A DNA stretch of 64,000 bases, from the NCBI GenBank assembly GCA_040437565.1, contig JBDOQK010000020.1, positions 124,001 to 188,000 of the forward strand. The letters are read 5' to 3'. The translations under genes were made by a program, and so were the position numbers. The stretch is from Albugo candida. Lineage: Eukaryota. Shown piece after piece: positions 48,570-61,700 of this stretch (its first letter is position 1; each line of letters starts with the position of its first letter). Below the pieces are notes generated by a model. That model was not told the origin of the DNA and ran no database searches. It was given only the letters and a program-made list of their open reading frames with translations.

Positions 48570-50730
48570 CTCTTGCACTTCTTATAGTCCGAGCGGTGCC
48601 CCTGCTTCCTCACAAGCTCTGCATAAACTTTTTTGATTCTTCCTTGGGTTCCGCATATTCAAACCTAGATAAATTGCGTCGATCCATTTTGCTGGCGCGG
48701 CCTTCCTTTGGGGCGCGCAATTACTGGCTCTTGCAAAGTTTTTGGAATTTGTCGCGAAAGTTTCTGAGTTCGTCGAGTGTCGTAGCCTGCTGATAGTCTG
48801 GCAAGGCTACAAAGCAGGTGGCCACTTGATCAAGTAACATCGGGAGACTTTTGGCTGGCCGCAACGGAAGAGGACTTAGTTGGTAAGGCTTCGCCAAGTG
48901 CCAATGCGGATGGATGTCGTTCATTTGCAAGGTCTGTTTTTGATGCAGGTATTGACGCAGTTTGTGCTTACAGGGAAGACCTCAGACTGTGGAAAATACT
49001 TCAGAGCATACGTCTTCGTTGTTTCTTTGTGGCTGGCGGGCAACTCTTTAACTGCTCGCAGATTTTATTCAGTGGAAAATGAGAAATTTTCAAATTGATA
49101 TCCCGAAAAATCATTCCTCAAGACGTTGGCTGTGCATAGTTGCATATTCTCATTTGTTGAAGCTGTCGGGACACATCGTGCTCTGCAAGATTATTTTCAA
49201 CAGCTAGGTACAATTTTTCGCAGCACGAAAGAAGTTTGGTTGTTCATGCTAGTTGGCATGTATTACTTGAGCATGTGGTGAGCGCTTTCACCGCGCAAGG
49301 TTGCATCTGACGGAAATGTGTTATACGGTCAGTCCAATCAGTAACAAATATTTCTTTGTAGGGAATCCATGTTTCGACAATATATTTGATGATTGCGCTA
49401 TCTGCACGTAATTTGGAACGTTGTCATAGTTCTTCGAAGTAGCCTTCTGTTTTTGCGTACATGATTGCCCTCCAATCCTTCACGAAGGCTATCCATTCTT
49501 TTCTTTTCAAATAAATGCTCTGCATTTACTCACTATTTTTTATATGCCATACACACAATAGATTTTGGGAAGCGGGGAAGTGTTCTTGAATTCCTGAAAT
49601 TAGCACCAGCACGCGATCAACGACAGAAACTTTCGGGAGAAATCCGTCCCTAAAGATCGATCGAAAGAATTTTATTGCTGAAGAGTACGAGGATTGACTC
49701 TCGTTCGTCATGAAAACAAATGCGACTGAAAATGTTTTATAAATCGACGAGGACCCAACGAGATGCAACAACGGAAGCTCCAAAGCATTTGTCTTGTATG
49801 TGGCATTCACCAAAAACGTGTCATTGTGGCTCCGAGCCATTTCGGTAGATCTTGGATGGGCAAAGTACAGGTGGGAATTTTTTTCGTCATCATTGCTCAC
49901 TATTGTTTCAACATCAAATTGCAATCTACGGAATTTCTGTACAAGGGCACCCATCGGCGTACGGCCATCCAAAGTTTTCAGAATTGCGGCTTGGCGGACA
50001 TTATTCGGTTTTTTTTAGGCAAAACAAGTCCATGATCATTCCGTGAACATGTTTGATTGTTTCTCGTTGGGAACCCAGCATTATACAATCCAACTATTGT
50101 CTTCTCAATTTCTGTTTCGAGTCTGAGGTGGACAGGATGGGCGCTTGTGGAGGTGGATGGCGTATGATTATGATCCTCGTCAACCCCGTGGAAAGTCCAG
50201 TGCAGTTCATCCTGTATGTCTTTCAAGCGGCACGGACAATTGGCGAGTACTGTCGAAGTCTTTCGTGGTCTAGTCTCTTCCGTTAGACCNNNNNNNNNNN
50301 NNNNNNNNNNNNNNNNNNNNNNNNNNNNNNNNNNNNNNNNNNNNNNNNNNNNNNNNNNNNNNNNNNNNNNNNNNNNNNNNNNNNNNNNNTACAATCCAAC
50401 TATTGTCTTCTCAATTTCTGTTTCGAGTCTGAGGTGGACAGGATGGGCGCTTGTGGAGGTGGATGGCGTATGATTATGATCCTCGTCAACCCCGTGGAAA
50501 GTCCAGTGCAGTTCATCCTGTATGTCTTTCAAGCGGCACGGACAATTGGCGAGTACTGTCGAAGTCTTTCGTGGTCTAGTCTCTTCCGTTAGACCAAGGA
50601 GATTGCGGTAAGACCCTCCTCGGTCACATTTGTGATGGACCGTATAGTGCCCGTTACGCTGCTTGTAGGATGATTTTGTCACTATCCTATAGCCTTGGGT
50701 GGCAGAAAATTTATTCAATGCCTTTTTCAT
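48570..50730 (-). pseudogene. MULE transposase relic (FAR1-type DBD, MULE DDE domain, KGRP motif, zinc knuckle)
   Basis: CDRGG..ANCPCRL..HNH, FLVNATYKTNALELPL (first catalytic Asp appears as Asn), VVDR, LLCVWHI, APKGRP, CRACEEAG. Multiple stops and frameshifts. Confidence 0.88.
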
Positions 50731-50963
50731 CGCTTTGCGAGAACTATATTCAACTCCAACAAGTCCGGTTGGTGGCTGTGAACAATGACATCACATTCTT
50801 TCGTGTATTTTGAATCCATTATTTGCTCAAAAGCCGTTATTATTGCGCAACTCGTTGTATGTTGCTGCGTGGTAGGGAAGGAAGCGAGGACATGCGGAAA
50901 CGTGGAAACGTGTAAGGTATTATTTGTCTATCTTACCTAGACGCAGTAATATATCGATCAATT

Positions 50964-51306
50964 GGGGTCCGTACCCAGCCCAGTCTGTTAAGCACTTGAG
51001 CGCACGGACCCCCTGCCGGAGGTAGTTAGTTCGATCCCCGGCAGTGTGGGCAGCGGTTTGAGCCCACCCAAGCAATAAGCTTGCAAAATATCTGCCTCCC
51101 TAGGTTTGAAGTCAGACTTAAGTGATATTCACACGGTCAGGGNNNNNNNNNNNNNNNNNNNNNNNNNNNNNNNNNNNNNNNNNNNNNNNNNNNNNNNNNN
51201 NNNNNNNNNNNNNNNNNNNNNNNNNNNNNNNNNNNNNNNNNNCATGATAGGATAAGGAAGGTAGTTAAAAAAAACCCAGATAAACAGTGTAATGAAATCC
51301 TTGACA
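50964..51306 (+). mobile_element. tRNA-derived SINE-like element inserted in the MULE right subterminal region
   Basis: Head GGGGTCCGTACCCAGCCCAGTCTG...GTTCGATCCCC with A- and B-box-like motifs. Flanked by a 16-bp direct repeat AATATATC[G/A]ATCAATT (50948-50963, 51307-51322). The interior contains a gap. Confidence 0.72.
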
Positions 51307-52233
51307 AATATATCAATCAATTTATATTAGCTACCACAAATTAGCCAATCAGAGATGTGGCATTAGTCAAAACGTCTGTGGCAATAGTCACACCCATATT
51401 TTTAAGATCCTTCTAGTATGAAAAGTATATTGGCTGATGCAGAAAGTAAGTTTTACGACAAAACATTTATCTGAACATTCTGCATAATAAGAAAACTTTT
51501 TATCTAAGTTTGCTTCATAATATGGCATTCCTGCCGCATCGTCTTCATACCAATCGCACAAAGCTGAGTATCGAACAAAGTTTGTGCTTATTAAACAGGA
51601 CGAAGGTATACATATATTGTAAATCCTTGACTTATCGCTCAATAAAACTCGACGAGGCGATTTGAGATCATTGCTTGAATCTATTTTTGTGTGCACACAC
51701 GCATTCTTCCGTATCGAAAGCTGTCATGTATCACGGCGCGACACGAGCATATGCATACTGATTTTGATCCAGACTTAGTCATCAATCAGCTTGGCTCAAG
51801 TTCTACTTGCCACATATTTCGGATTGAATGGGTTAGACAAATACGCTGGCTAATACATACACGCACCACTGCATTTTATCTCGCTCAAATAGAGTCAATA
51901 ATTTGTGGGTGATTTGTTCGAGCATATTTGAAGTGGGCACCCCAAGCATAAGAACATCGATGGAAAGCAGCAAGGTACACATGATCGTTATAAAGAGAAG
52001 TAGAAGAACGTTGTAGAATTAATCTCATATTAGTTGGGTGCGCCCTGCATGTTGGAGCAGTTGATGAGACTACATGACGATAGTAACACCAAATCGATGT
52101 ACGATACTTTATTCGAAAGTGATTAAAAATGCAGCGTAGCTTTATTGGATTAGAAGGAATACTACAAAGGACGCAGCAGTAACCCGCTATGCGAGATCAT
52201 TTTATTGCTTGCTTGTTGTTCGTGTGGGTCAAA

Positions 52234-52869
52234 CTACTCCGACGTATGACGTTGGTGTGCGCCCTTAGTGACCCGATTTCTCAGAGTTGAGCTTGTCGGG
52301 GCTTGAGCTTGAAGATTTTTTGACGTACTTAATCCACATTTGAATTGATGATCAAGTTCCTTCTGTACGCCTTTGTTGAGCTTCCGTATTATGTGACACA
52401 CCGCATTTATAGGATCCAAATATTGTTTGAAAGAGAATCTTTGTAATTCCGCTGACAAGCCTTGTTTTATCTCTTCTACTTTCGCCGAGAGCAATTGACA
52501 GTTATCCTCCGTTACAGCATCCAGCAAAACTTGTCGCAAAAGAATTCCCATTGGGTAATGTTCATCCGGTGTCTCTTTGACTTTTTTCCATAACGTAGCA
52601 CATATCTCCAAATCAGTCTTCATCTCTATATTAGAAAATGCACAGTCCAAGTCGATTTTTGCAATTTCTAAGACATGATGGAATTCACTATTAGTTTTCT
52701 TTATTACATCGAGCCAATTGTCATCATTCTTTTTGTCTGTGTTCAATCGAATCAAATTGTTCGGGTCTTCGTCCGTTGTTGCTGTGGTATGCGAGCTCAT
52801 CGAGTGCAGAGTCAGCTGAAGCACCATGGAAGTGACAGTTGCCAAGTTTCGGACCGAGACACGAGCCAT
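52234..52869 (-). CDS. Candidate secreted protein C (211 aa), shares leader with gene B
   Basis: MARVSVRNLATVTSMVL vs MVRVSIRSLTTIASMLL. Shared upstream TTTCAAAAYACNYTCAACT. Helical body; no recognised domain. Confidence 0.7.
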   Translation of the reverse strand: MARVSVRNLATVTSMVLQLTLHSMSSHTTATTDEDPNNLIRLNTDKKNDDNWLDVIKKTNSEFHHVLEIAKIDLDCAFSNIEMKTDLEICATLWKKVKETPDEHYPMGILLRQVLLDAVTEDNCQLLSAKVEEIKQGLSAELQRFSFKQYLDPINAVCHIIRKLNKGVQKELDHQFKCGLSTSKNLQAQAPTSSTLRNRVTKGAHQRHTSE

Positions 52870-53458
52870 TATGTTCTATTCTCGATAAGTTAGTTATAAT
52901 AGTTGAGCGTGTTTTGAAACGTGAATGAAAAAGTTCTAACAGTGCGTGTTTCCTCATGATGAGAAAGTGGGACATGCGACGTTACATCCACTTCTTTCAG
53001 TTCCGAAGTATTATGCGTATGGGAGGTGCGTAAACATCGGAAACGCTATGTACAACGAAGCGAATGTGATCCCACATATTATCTCACTCACTTCATCGGC
53101 TTATATAATGATAACGGCTCGAAATATAGAGCACTTAATATGTGATATTTGTTCAAGTAGTCGTCTTAGTCTGGTTCCACCCCTATGCTGCAAAGTCCAG
53201 ATTAATTCGAGTCGTAGACGAAGAAACTATCAGAAAGAAAGAGGTGTAGTACGAGGGTTTGATTCCGGTAAATTTGCATACTATACGACATCTTTCTAGC
53301 GACTGGGGCACGAGACACAGTTCGCAATTTGCAGGCTGCTACGCGCCTCGCAAACGTGATACAAAGAACTAACAAACCAACGTTTTCGACTACTATTCTC
53401 TCCAACAGAATGGTTTCTATCGACACTTCACGTTTATCCGCCGTTACGTCGTCCGACG

Positions 53459-55076
53459 ATGTCACGACTCGTGCATCTATTCCAACGGAAAATGTTTTTG
53501 GGTACGAACAACAGCCAATCAGAATCAACGGAATCTGAAGCGGTCCAATCAGATGTGACCATGACTGTTGAGCCAACGCATAGTCCACCGACGGAGATTC
53601 CATCCATCCCTATGGACATGGATGACGCGGCCACGTCATTACCTGTTCTATCGGTAAACAAACCGGTTCACAAAGAAACCCGGCCTCTCTTGGCGGATAT
53701 TCTGAAGGGTCATGAGGAAATCCACAAGGGTAAAGCGGTTAAAAAAGCCACATGGAAGGTTGAAATGCCTAAGCTTTTAGCGGCGGATCTTAGCGCTATT
53801 AAAAAGCATTTTGGAAGAAGGTCGTCCAAGTTGGGACGTTTTGTCTGCTAACTTGACTGTAGCAAAACCCTTCGCATTGACCATTGCAAAATCTCGTTAG
53901 TGTTGGAGACTGGTCAAGCGCTGGTTCGAACCCCACCAGCGCATATTTTGCAATCCTTTGTTCGAGATCATGGTAATGTAATCGTCGACGAGCTTTTCGA
54001 AACACGAAAAATTGGTGAATTGGCTAAATTACCTGGTGGTAATTTGAGACTCCTCGTTACCGACGAGGAAGTCTGCAAGACATTGGCCCATGAAACTGTT
54101 ACGATTCTCGGGAACAAATACTTATTCCATATTTTCGGAATTGGAAAAGAAATGTCCACCCTAACTTTTGCGTCGACATTGCATCGTCTTGGTTGCGATG
54201 TTCTATATGAGAATTTTGCGAAGCAGCGGCTTCCAAAAGACTTGCAATGTCGACTTGGAGAGTTTATTTCCACGGCAAAGCTGTCCTGAGCAGCTCCTTG
54301 TTGGCGGAAAAGTGTATGAGCAAAAAATATCGAGGGGGAATACTATTTGGCTCGATAAATAGCTTCTCCACTCCCGGTTGATTGGTTGAGGATGGGTCAG
54401 CGCAGTCCACACTGCTTACTGCTGCCGGTGAAAACTTTTCAACCGAACCAGAAACCGAAGAACCAAACCGCCTCATCGGTCAAAAGCCAGCCCGTGAAGT
54501 CGAAAAAGACACCAAAACAAGATAAAATCAACGTCAAATTACCGATGGTGTCTAAACAATGCGCCACAAACAAGCACTCTAATCTTCAAGACGCTTCTGC
54601 TAATAACGCTGACGACGAAAATATTTCCGATATACCAAACTCGGGTCCAACTCAGCAGGAAATTCCCTCTGCTGTTCTAGATGTCGACGAAAATAAGAAA
54701 AATAGTAAAGAACAATCTGCGTGTAAGTCTACCGAAGACACGTGGACTCCAGTTCGAGCTCGAAACAAGCGCAATCGATCTATCGCTCGCTTTCAGAGTT
54801 TATTGAGTAATGCCCTTCCAAAATCTTTGGAAGGTTTAGCTACAAGCAATAATTTTAGTTTGCTTGGCTCCGTAGACGTCGACTTTTGAAGAAATCGACG
54901 TAACCACGAAGGACGAATTTGGAAAAGATACCAGATTGTATCTTCCAAATTTGTGGTGAAAAACGATCTGGCCAATTCCAAAGAAGCGGCTCACTTTATC
55001 AAGAAAAACCACACCCGAATTGAAAAGGACGATCATCCGACTCGGGTGGCAGAAGTGATGGATTTCTTAATCCAAG
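53459..55076 (+). mobile_element. Non-LTR retrotransposon (LINE) ORF1-like relic, frameshifted, truncated by gap
   Basis: Collinear frameshifted ORFs with IGELAKLPGGNLRLLV..VTILGNKY, LHRLGCDVLY, WTPVR and TSNNFSLL, resembling oomycete LINE ORF1 proteins. Recognised by memory only. Confidence 0.55.
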
Positions 55077-58000
55077 NNNNNNNNNNNNNNNNNNNNNNNN
55101 NNNNNNNNNNNNNNNNNNNNNNNNNNNNNNNNNNNNNNNNNNNNNNNNNNNNNNNNNNNNNNNNNNNNNNNNNNNNCTATAGGAATAGGGTTTTATTATC
55201 AGCGATGTAAGAACACTGATTAATTTTGATGGTCTGAAAATTTCTTCGACTTGAAGTTTTTTTGCAAGAAACACCGGCCTATTACCCCGGTAAGTGCGTG
55301 AAAAGAATGATTCGAACCAAATTTGTCAGGATAGCGTAATGTGCCTGTACAGGTATTTTGGATCGCATTTAGCGTAAGATGAAATATATCCTTACCTCTC
55401 GCACCTCTGTAGTGACGTACTCCGATTTTGGGAAATACGAAAAACTAGAAGGAGGTTCGTGTTTACATTTACGTTCTCTCAAAAATACCGACATAGCTGT
55501 AGCAATTCTCCTTATCAGTCCGCATTGGATGCATTCTTGCGGCTGGCTTGACTGCTTGGACCTCCTATGTGATAACGTCAGCGTGTCCTAAGTGGATTCA
55601 AGCATATTCCCGCATGCGGACTTCACTTTCCAGTTTGTTGGACCTCTAAGCCAAAGTGAAACATTAGCAAATGTCATAGTTTGTACATGTTCTCAAATTT
55701 TACTGACGATAGTCCGTACATGTGCACCAAGTCAATCTATCATAAATTTAGGAACGCTCGTTTAAGATCAAGATTTATGGCCAAAGAACAAGGAAGCGAT
55801 GATAAACGTGCCGACAAGTCGACAAGCAGCCGTATTTCTCGCATTCCAAGCTAGCAGCAGACAAAAAAATTGTGGCTTTGTGGTTTTTAATTTGAGGCTG
55901 GAAGAAATCAAAACCGCAATGATAATCAAGATAAACGTGAGAGCAGCGGGGTAACAAACGTGAATATGATGAGATAACAAGTCAGGGAAGTAATGACATC
56001 TCAGTAATCGATGACCTTGGTTTAGAAAAAGGTGTGACGTACTGCTTACTGCCACTGGAGAACCTGCCTGAATAATGAATGCTTGGTTGCTTTCAATGAC
56101 TAACTGCTGGTGAAAATGACGATAGATACTTTGTTGCCAACGCCCAACCGAAAGTTCATTAGTCGTTCCCACGTTATCCTACTACCGAATTACTCGCGAA
56201 TCTGGGGCAAAGTGTGATACTACATGTGGAATCATTTTATGGCAATCTGAAACTGATTCCTTTGTCGCCCTTTTCTAAAAAACATATGGGGGGCTTCATA
56301 TTAGGATCCCTTGCTTTTTGTAGTGTGATTTGAAGGTGTAGTACATGGCAACAATAAAAAAAGCATGCACGAGATGTCATCGTTTAAAATCAGTCTGCCA
56401 TTCCTGTGCATAGAAGAAAGTGGAAGTCGTGTTCCCTTCTATATGAAAGGTCGTGTGCATTTTTGAAGATGCATAGTCGAGGTAGAAGCCTTTTTGAGAA
56501 GTAGGAGAATATGCCCACTGCCTTGTCCGATTTTCGAAATGTTATCATCGCATGGCAGTTCATGTGGAGTGTACGAGCAACTTCTACTAAAAAACGCGAT
56601 GGATAATCTTACATCGTAGCGTGCCTCAATCCTCACACTCTGATCACAAAAAACAAGAATAAAAGCAATTGAAGCTCGGCTTTACAGATGGGAACATTAC
56701 TTACTAATATGTCGTCTAAAACTTTTGCATCGTGTGCTACAAGGTACTGCGAACAAAAATAAAAAGCAGTGATAAACTGCCGCCCAACCTCAGTTCGAAG
56801 AGTCTCTTAATCTTTACTAAGGCGAGATATGTGGAGTAAATATCAATTAAGGGTTTTAGGAAAGTTGAATGGATATCACATCTCTATGAGCCAATTTGTG
56901 AAAATTTGAGCCTGATTAGCAGGTTCTACCACAATATCTTTTGGGGGCCCCAGTTTCGCGCCTAAGCTTCCTCTTAGCTCCTCCAGAATCTCCAGAGAAA
57001 ATGGAATTATTTCAGGATGCTATAAAACATCTCGAAGCCAAATCGTCATAGGGCTTGTATTGTTTTCTAAAGTTCTAAAGTGGAGGTCCCGAGAGGAAGG
57101 ACACATTCGGAAAATTGGCAATGTGCATTGCGAAAGTGAGCAAACTTCTGGTATGTAAGCTAATTCATGGTATCGTGTATGAACATGTGATAAACGTCTG
57201 ATCTGAAATTGAGAATTATTCTATCGAAGTCTCATCACATGAATACATCGAGATGGCTCTATTATACAGTCACTAAGTTTCGAAGCTGTATGAATGCTAT
57301 TCTCGCGGTCATCACAAAATTTACCCCAAAGACATGTTACATTGGGATTTCCGCTTCCGAGATTATCTCAAAGAATGATGAGACAGGCATGAAGATGTGC
57401 GTCGCGGAAAAAAATAACTACGTCATAGACAAATCATCAATGATATTTTTGTACGGATTGTTCACTGCTAATTCACTACCTTCATATCCTCTTAAGAGCA
57501 TGAATTCGTCAGCAAACCTTTGAACGAAAATTCTTTCCCAATCTACTTGTCATGCATTTATCAGCTTACACAACTGAAGCAAATACATGGAACTTCATCG
57601 ACAATAGAATAATAAGCTCGATTTTAGCAACCAATTATATAAATCCGAGCGTGTAACGAGAAGATTTGACTATGCGTAGGCTGGACGTTTCCACACGACC
57701 ATTAAATCCTGAAGTTAGTGGTAGGAAGCAATTCCATGATCAATTTGACTTGAAAGGATATTTTTCTTGAGAAATTTTCGTATGGGTAAGGGCCGTATTT
57801 AGAATGAACATGACTTTCATCATGTCCGTGTAAGAATGGTTGGTAATATCTTATAGTAGAGATCAGCCGATCGGCATCTAATAGTCAATGACAAAAGTAA
57901 GAGATAACGATTGAAGCACACGCTTCCAAAGGAAGGTGGTTTATGTGGAAGAGGCGATGGCATTAAAAGCAAAAGTTTCCGTCCTGCACTCATAATTCGC

Positions 58001-58730
58001 AACTAAGCACTTTCCTCACGTAATCTGAGCCTAGGCGTCTTCCGTGCAGATGTGAGTACTAAAATTCACCAATCTATCGCTTAGAATCCGCAAGCTTGAA
58101 CTTTAGTCACGATCAGAACATTCATTTCTTCATCATGCCGCTCTTAGAGATCGGTATATCAGACGGAACCCTACCATTAAATTTCCAACTCAATTGTCTT
58201 GCAAGAGATACGACCATGTCACTTGGAAATGCTGAGACCTTCACAAGGAATAGACTCATACTTAAACGTACGCTGCGAGCTCTAGACGTTTTGCATACAA
58301 ATAATTGAGTACGTAGTGGAGCGGTTCTGTTGTAGCTGAACTTTCGATCTGTTTATTAGCCTTTGAGAATTCTATTCATGCATCAATTTCGACAAGAGAC
58401 TCTCTATATTTTGCTAGTATTTATCTTCATGTAGGTCTCTACATGTCGTGCTACGCTACCATTACGATCCTCCAGCACGTAAAGCATCGAAACGGGTTCG
58501 TGTAGCAGATACATAGTATTCTTTTGACATCTTAACCCTTCAGTTGAATCCAGTGTAAGAATTCAAGGTTCAGTTGCAAGAGCGAGGAATGGTTTTAACC
58601 GCCCGTTTTGAGATGAGTGTGCGGCATACAGGTAACTCAGGTAAACAAGAAGAATAGGTTAGCAGACTGCCGAATGTTCTTTTATTATAGCACCCTGTTT
58701 TATCGACTTCATTCCTGTTCATCTGAAAAT

Positions 58731-61700
58731 TTATGAGCCCAACGGTTTACAGCGTTGATGCCGACGAAAGAGGCAAGACGGATCACGAAAGAGTCAGCGG
58801 TCAAGCGGGCAATGGAGAGGGAGTCAGGGGAGATGGATCGAAGCCAAAGTATACGCAGAAAAACCGCTTAAGCTTTTAATAGGTGTCACGGTACGCATGT
58901 GTCGTATGGAGGAGTCGCAAGAGTGCCAGTACGAGAACGAGCAGAACGGTCGAAAGGCACGTGCATTCGGCTCGATCATTGCATAAGGCAGGGCCATGAG
59001 TAGGGAGGCATTGGACTAAATGTTATCCCCGAAATCCTCTTCACAGGTGTCACTGGTACCTACTCCGGAACTAGGCAACGCGGATATGGACAAGCCGCGG
59101 CTTACGTCGAGAGTGCACAGGCCCACATCCTGAGCTGCCTCAACACTACGTGCAAACGCCAGCATACCACCCGGCACCGCAACAGCAGCACGAGCAGACG
59201 CTTGGTGCGCAGTTTGCACGGGTTTCAGACGCGCGTCAAAGGAAGCTGAGCATTTGCACTTTAACGGCAAAGAATTATACGAGGAACTGTGTACAGGGTT
59301 CCTATCGTGGATACAGCGATTTGTGCAGCAGATCTCGTTCGCTAACCGAGCGAGTGGATTTCTGTGGAGCGAGGACGTAAAGGTCGACGTACTCGGACAT
59401 TACTTAGCAGGAATGGCTGTGAGATATTACAATCGACAGGTAGACGATTGGCGGTAGAAGGAGCCAACTTTGAAGCACGCGATGCAAAGACTACTGCATA
59501 CGTTTGCAACCAAAATTACACCGGCTCAAAGCATGAAGATGTTTATTTCACCCAAGAACAACAAAAGAAGATAAACGGAGCAGTGCCTCTTCCTGGTAGC
59601 TGTGAGTGAAGCGTACGGTAACTTAGTCCTTGCCAACATTGTGCACTACGCAGACCCAGCCATTAGAGTTTCTATGCTTTTGCGTCTGAACCTTGCGCGC
59701 ACACCCTTCCTACGACAGGCGGAGGAATTAGCGCATTTAGCTCAATCTAAGAAGTTAGAGGACAGCAGTGACGAGAATTGAAGAATTTGTTTAAGAATGG
59801 ACGGACGGACGCGAGAACGCGTTACAAGTACGGGGAAACTGGACACATAAAGGCCTCAAGTTCTGAAAAAGAGAGCGCACTGCAAAACAAGAAACCTAAA
59901 CAGTATAATTACAGGCAAGAATTCAACTGTTGAGGAAGTAAACTGGATTCTCGAAAGTGGGTCCAGTCAACACTAAGTGAATGGCGTAAGCCTACTTGAA
60001 TACCCGGAGGAGGACGCGAGTGAATGTGGCACTGCGAATGGTGGGTCTCTTAGTATTTCCTGGCGCGGTAGCGTCGTCATTGTGGGTACAGTGATGGGAA
60101 TGGCTGTAAAGGTGAAAGTGAAGGCTGTGTACTACGTCGAAAACTTGGAGCTAACTTTCATATCTTAAGGTATGCTCGAGGCAAAAAGATACGGAATTGT
60201 ATACCGAAAAGAGCACCGCGTGATAGCAAGTCTCAACGCAGGGAATCCTGTGCTCAACGTAGATGTCGAAAAATGAACTTGTGGCTCGCGCTGATGGCGT
60301 ACGAACAATTCCGGACCCTAAGGATTTACTCATGTCGATACTAGTTTGGAATGAGGAAGAGGTGGGACATGACGTCCAGAAGGAGTCGCTTATGCATTTT
60401 CATCACAGATTGTCTCACCTTAATTACAACACGATCATTTGCTCACGGAATTCCCATGTTTTTTGCGAGCGTCAGTTCAATTGCAGAATCCACGTTATGA
60501 GAACGGATGGTTGTGGGGAGTATCGGACTCTGATCTTTTCTGTAAAGAAACTGGAATTGCTCGCCAGATTTGCGAAGCACGAAATCAGACCAGTAATGGG
60601 AAAGCAGAACGTTTGCACCATGAATATGGTGGAGTATGATATATGCTTGTCCCCTGCCTCTTTATTTCTAAAGTGACGCGACGAAATACGCGTGCTACGT
60701 CCTGAATAGAAGCCTGAGCAAATATAATGTTAGGAGGAAGTCACCCCTACAGATGCTTACGATCAGAGAGCCGGACATTGATGATATTTCGGTGTTTGGA
60801 AAACGGGATTTACTGATCACCGTGACGCGAATAACAAGTCACTAGACGAGCGGGGGAAACAGCGAAAATTATTGGAAGAAGCGATCAGACGAAAGGGTAT
60901 CGAGTATATATATCCAAGGGGACTATTGTCGTCGTCTTTCAGCATGTCAGAAACGTTAAACCAATCACAAGTGAGCAAAACGAGCAATTGCGTCGAGTTC
61001 ACTTTGCTAAAAAGACGAGGCATCGAGGGAAAAGGTAATAGCAAAAGAACTGGGAAAGAATGGAGACCTAAAACTAACTAAGAAGAAGATAAGTCAAGGA
61101 TGGAGTAGAACGTGGTCTCGAGATGAGCAGCGTGCCCGTTTAAATCCACGAAACGAAGATGTGGTACAGAAGCATCAGTACAACATGAAACATAGTGCGA
61201 TGAAGGAGTTTGACGTAGTAAACAGCGTTCGTGAAGAAGATCCCAAAAGCTACGGACATTATATGCGTATCAGTCAAAAAGACAAATGGGCCGTGTCTAT
61301 AAGAAAAGAGCTCTGCGTGGAGGAGGAGAATAAAGAATGGACGGTGGAGGTACCTCCCACCGGTAGTCATGTACTGCACACGAAGTGGGTCTTAAGACGA
61401 AGACCGAAGCGGATGGAAAGATCTAAAGTTACAAAGCGAGACTCGTGGCCTGTGGGGGCGAGCAACTTTTCGGGGCCACTTGTGGACCTAAGTTTGCCGC
61501 CGTTATGGAGCTAAGTACCATAAAAGGGGTACTGGTTCTTGCAAGGAAATAAAATGTGCCGGCGAAGCACGGGGACATCCCAAAAGCCTACGTTAAGGCA
61601 GACAAGGAAGAGCATTGGAGATTTACCTGCGTATACCGCAAGGTATGGAAATCTGCACAGAAGATATGCGAGATGTGGGTGCGGATACGCGGAGCCAAGT

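Larger units (their letters stand above)
48346..51395 (-). mobile_element. Mutator-like (MULE) DNA transposon, degenerate, with TIRs and imperfect TSD
   Basis: Left end GGGTGTGACTATTGCCATAGACGTTTT..CATCTCTGATTGGCTAATTTGTG is the inverted match of the right end 51332-51395. Flanks are ATATTTTAA / ATATTTTTAA. A transposase relic lies inside. Confidence 0.88.

Noticed and set aside
49978-50730. Transposase with duplicated FAR1 domain
   Set aside because: 50084-50289 and 50390-50595 are an overlap across a gap.
50964-51043. Functional tRNA gene
   Set aside because: The 5' end pairs internally rather than forming an acceptor stem, there is no clear anticodon arm, it has a TSD, and both copies lie within transposons.
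28873-52869. RxLR, CRN or CHxC/CCG effector motifs in genes A, B and C
   Set aside because: No such motif after the leaders; HHCT in gene B does not fit CHxC or CxxCxxxxxG.
55177-58400. Possible LINE ORF2 or decayed minus-strand gene
   Set aside because: Only short stop-ridden frames; no RT, endonuclease or other motif recognised.
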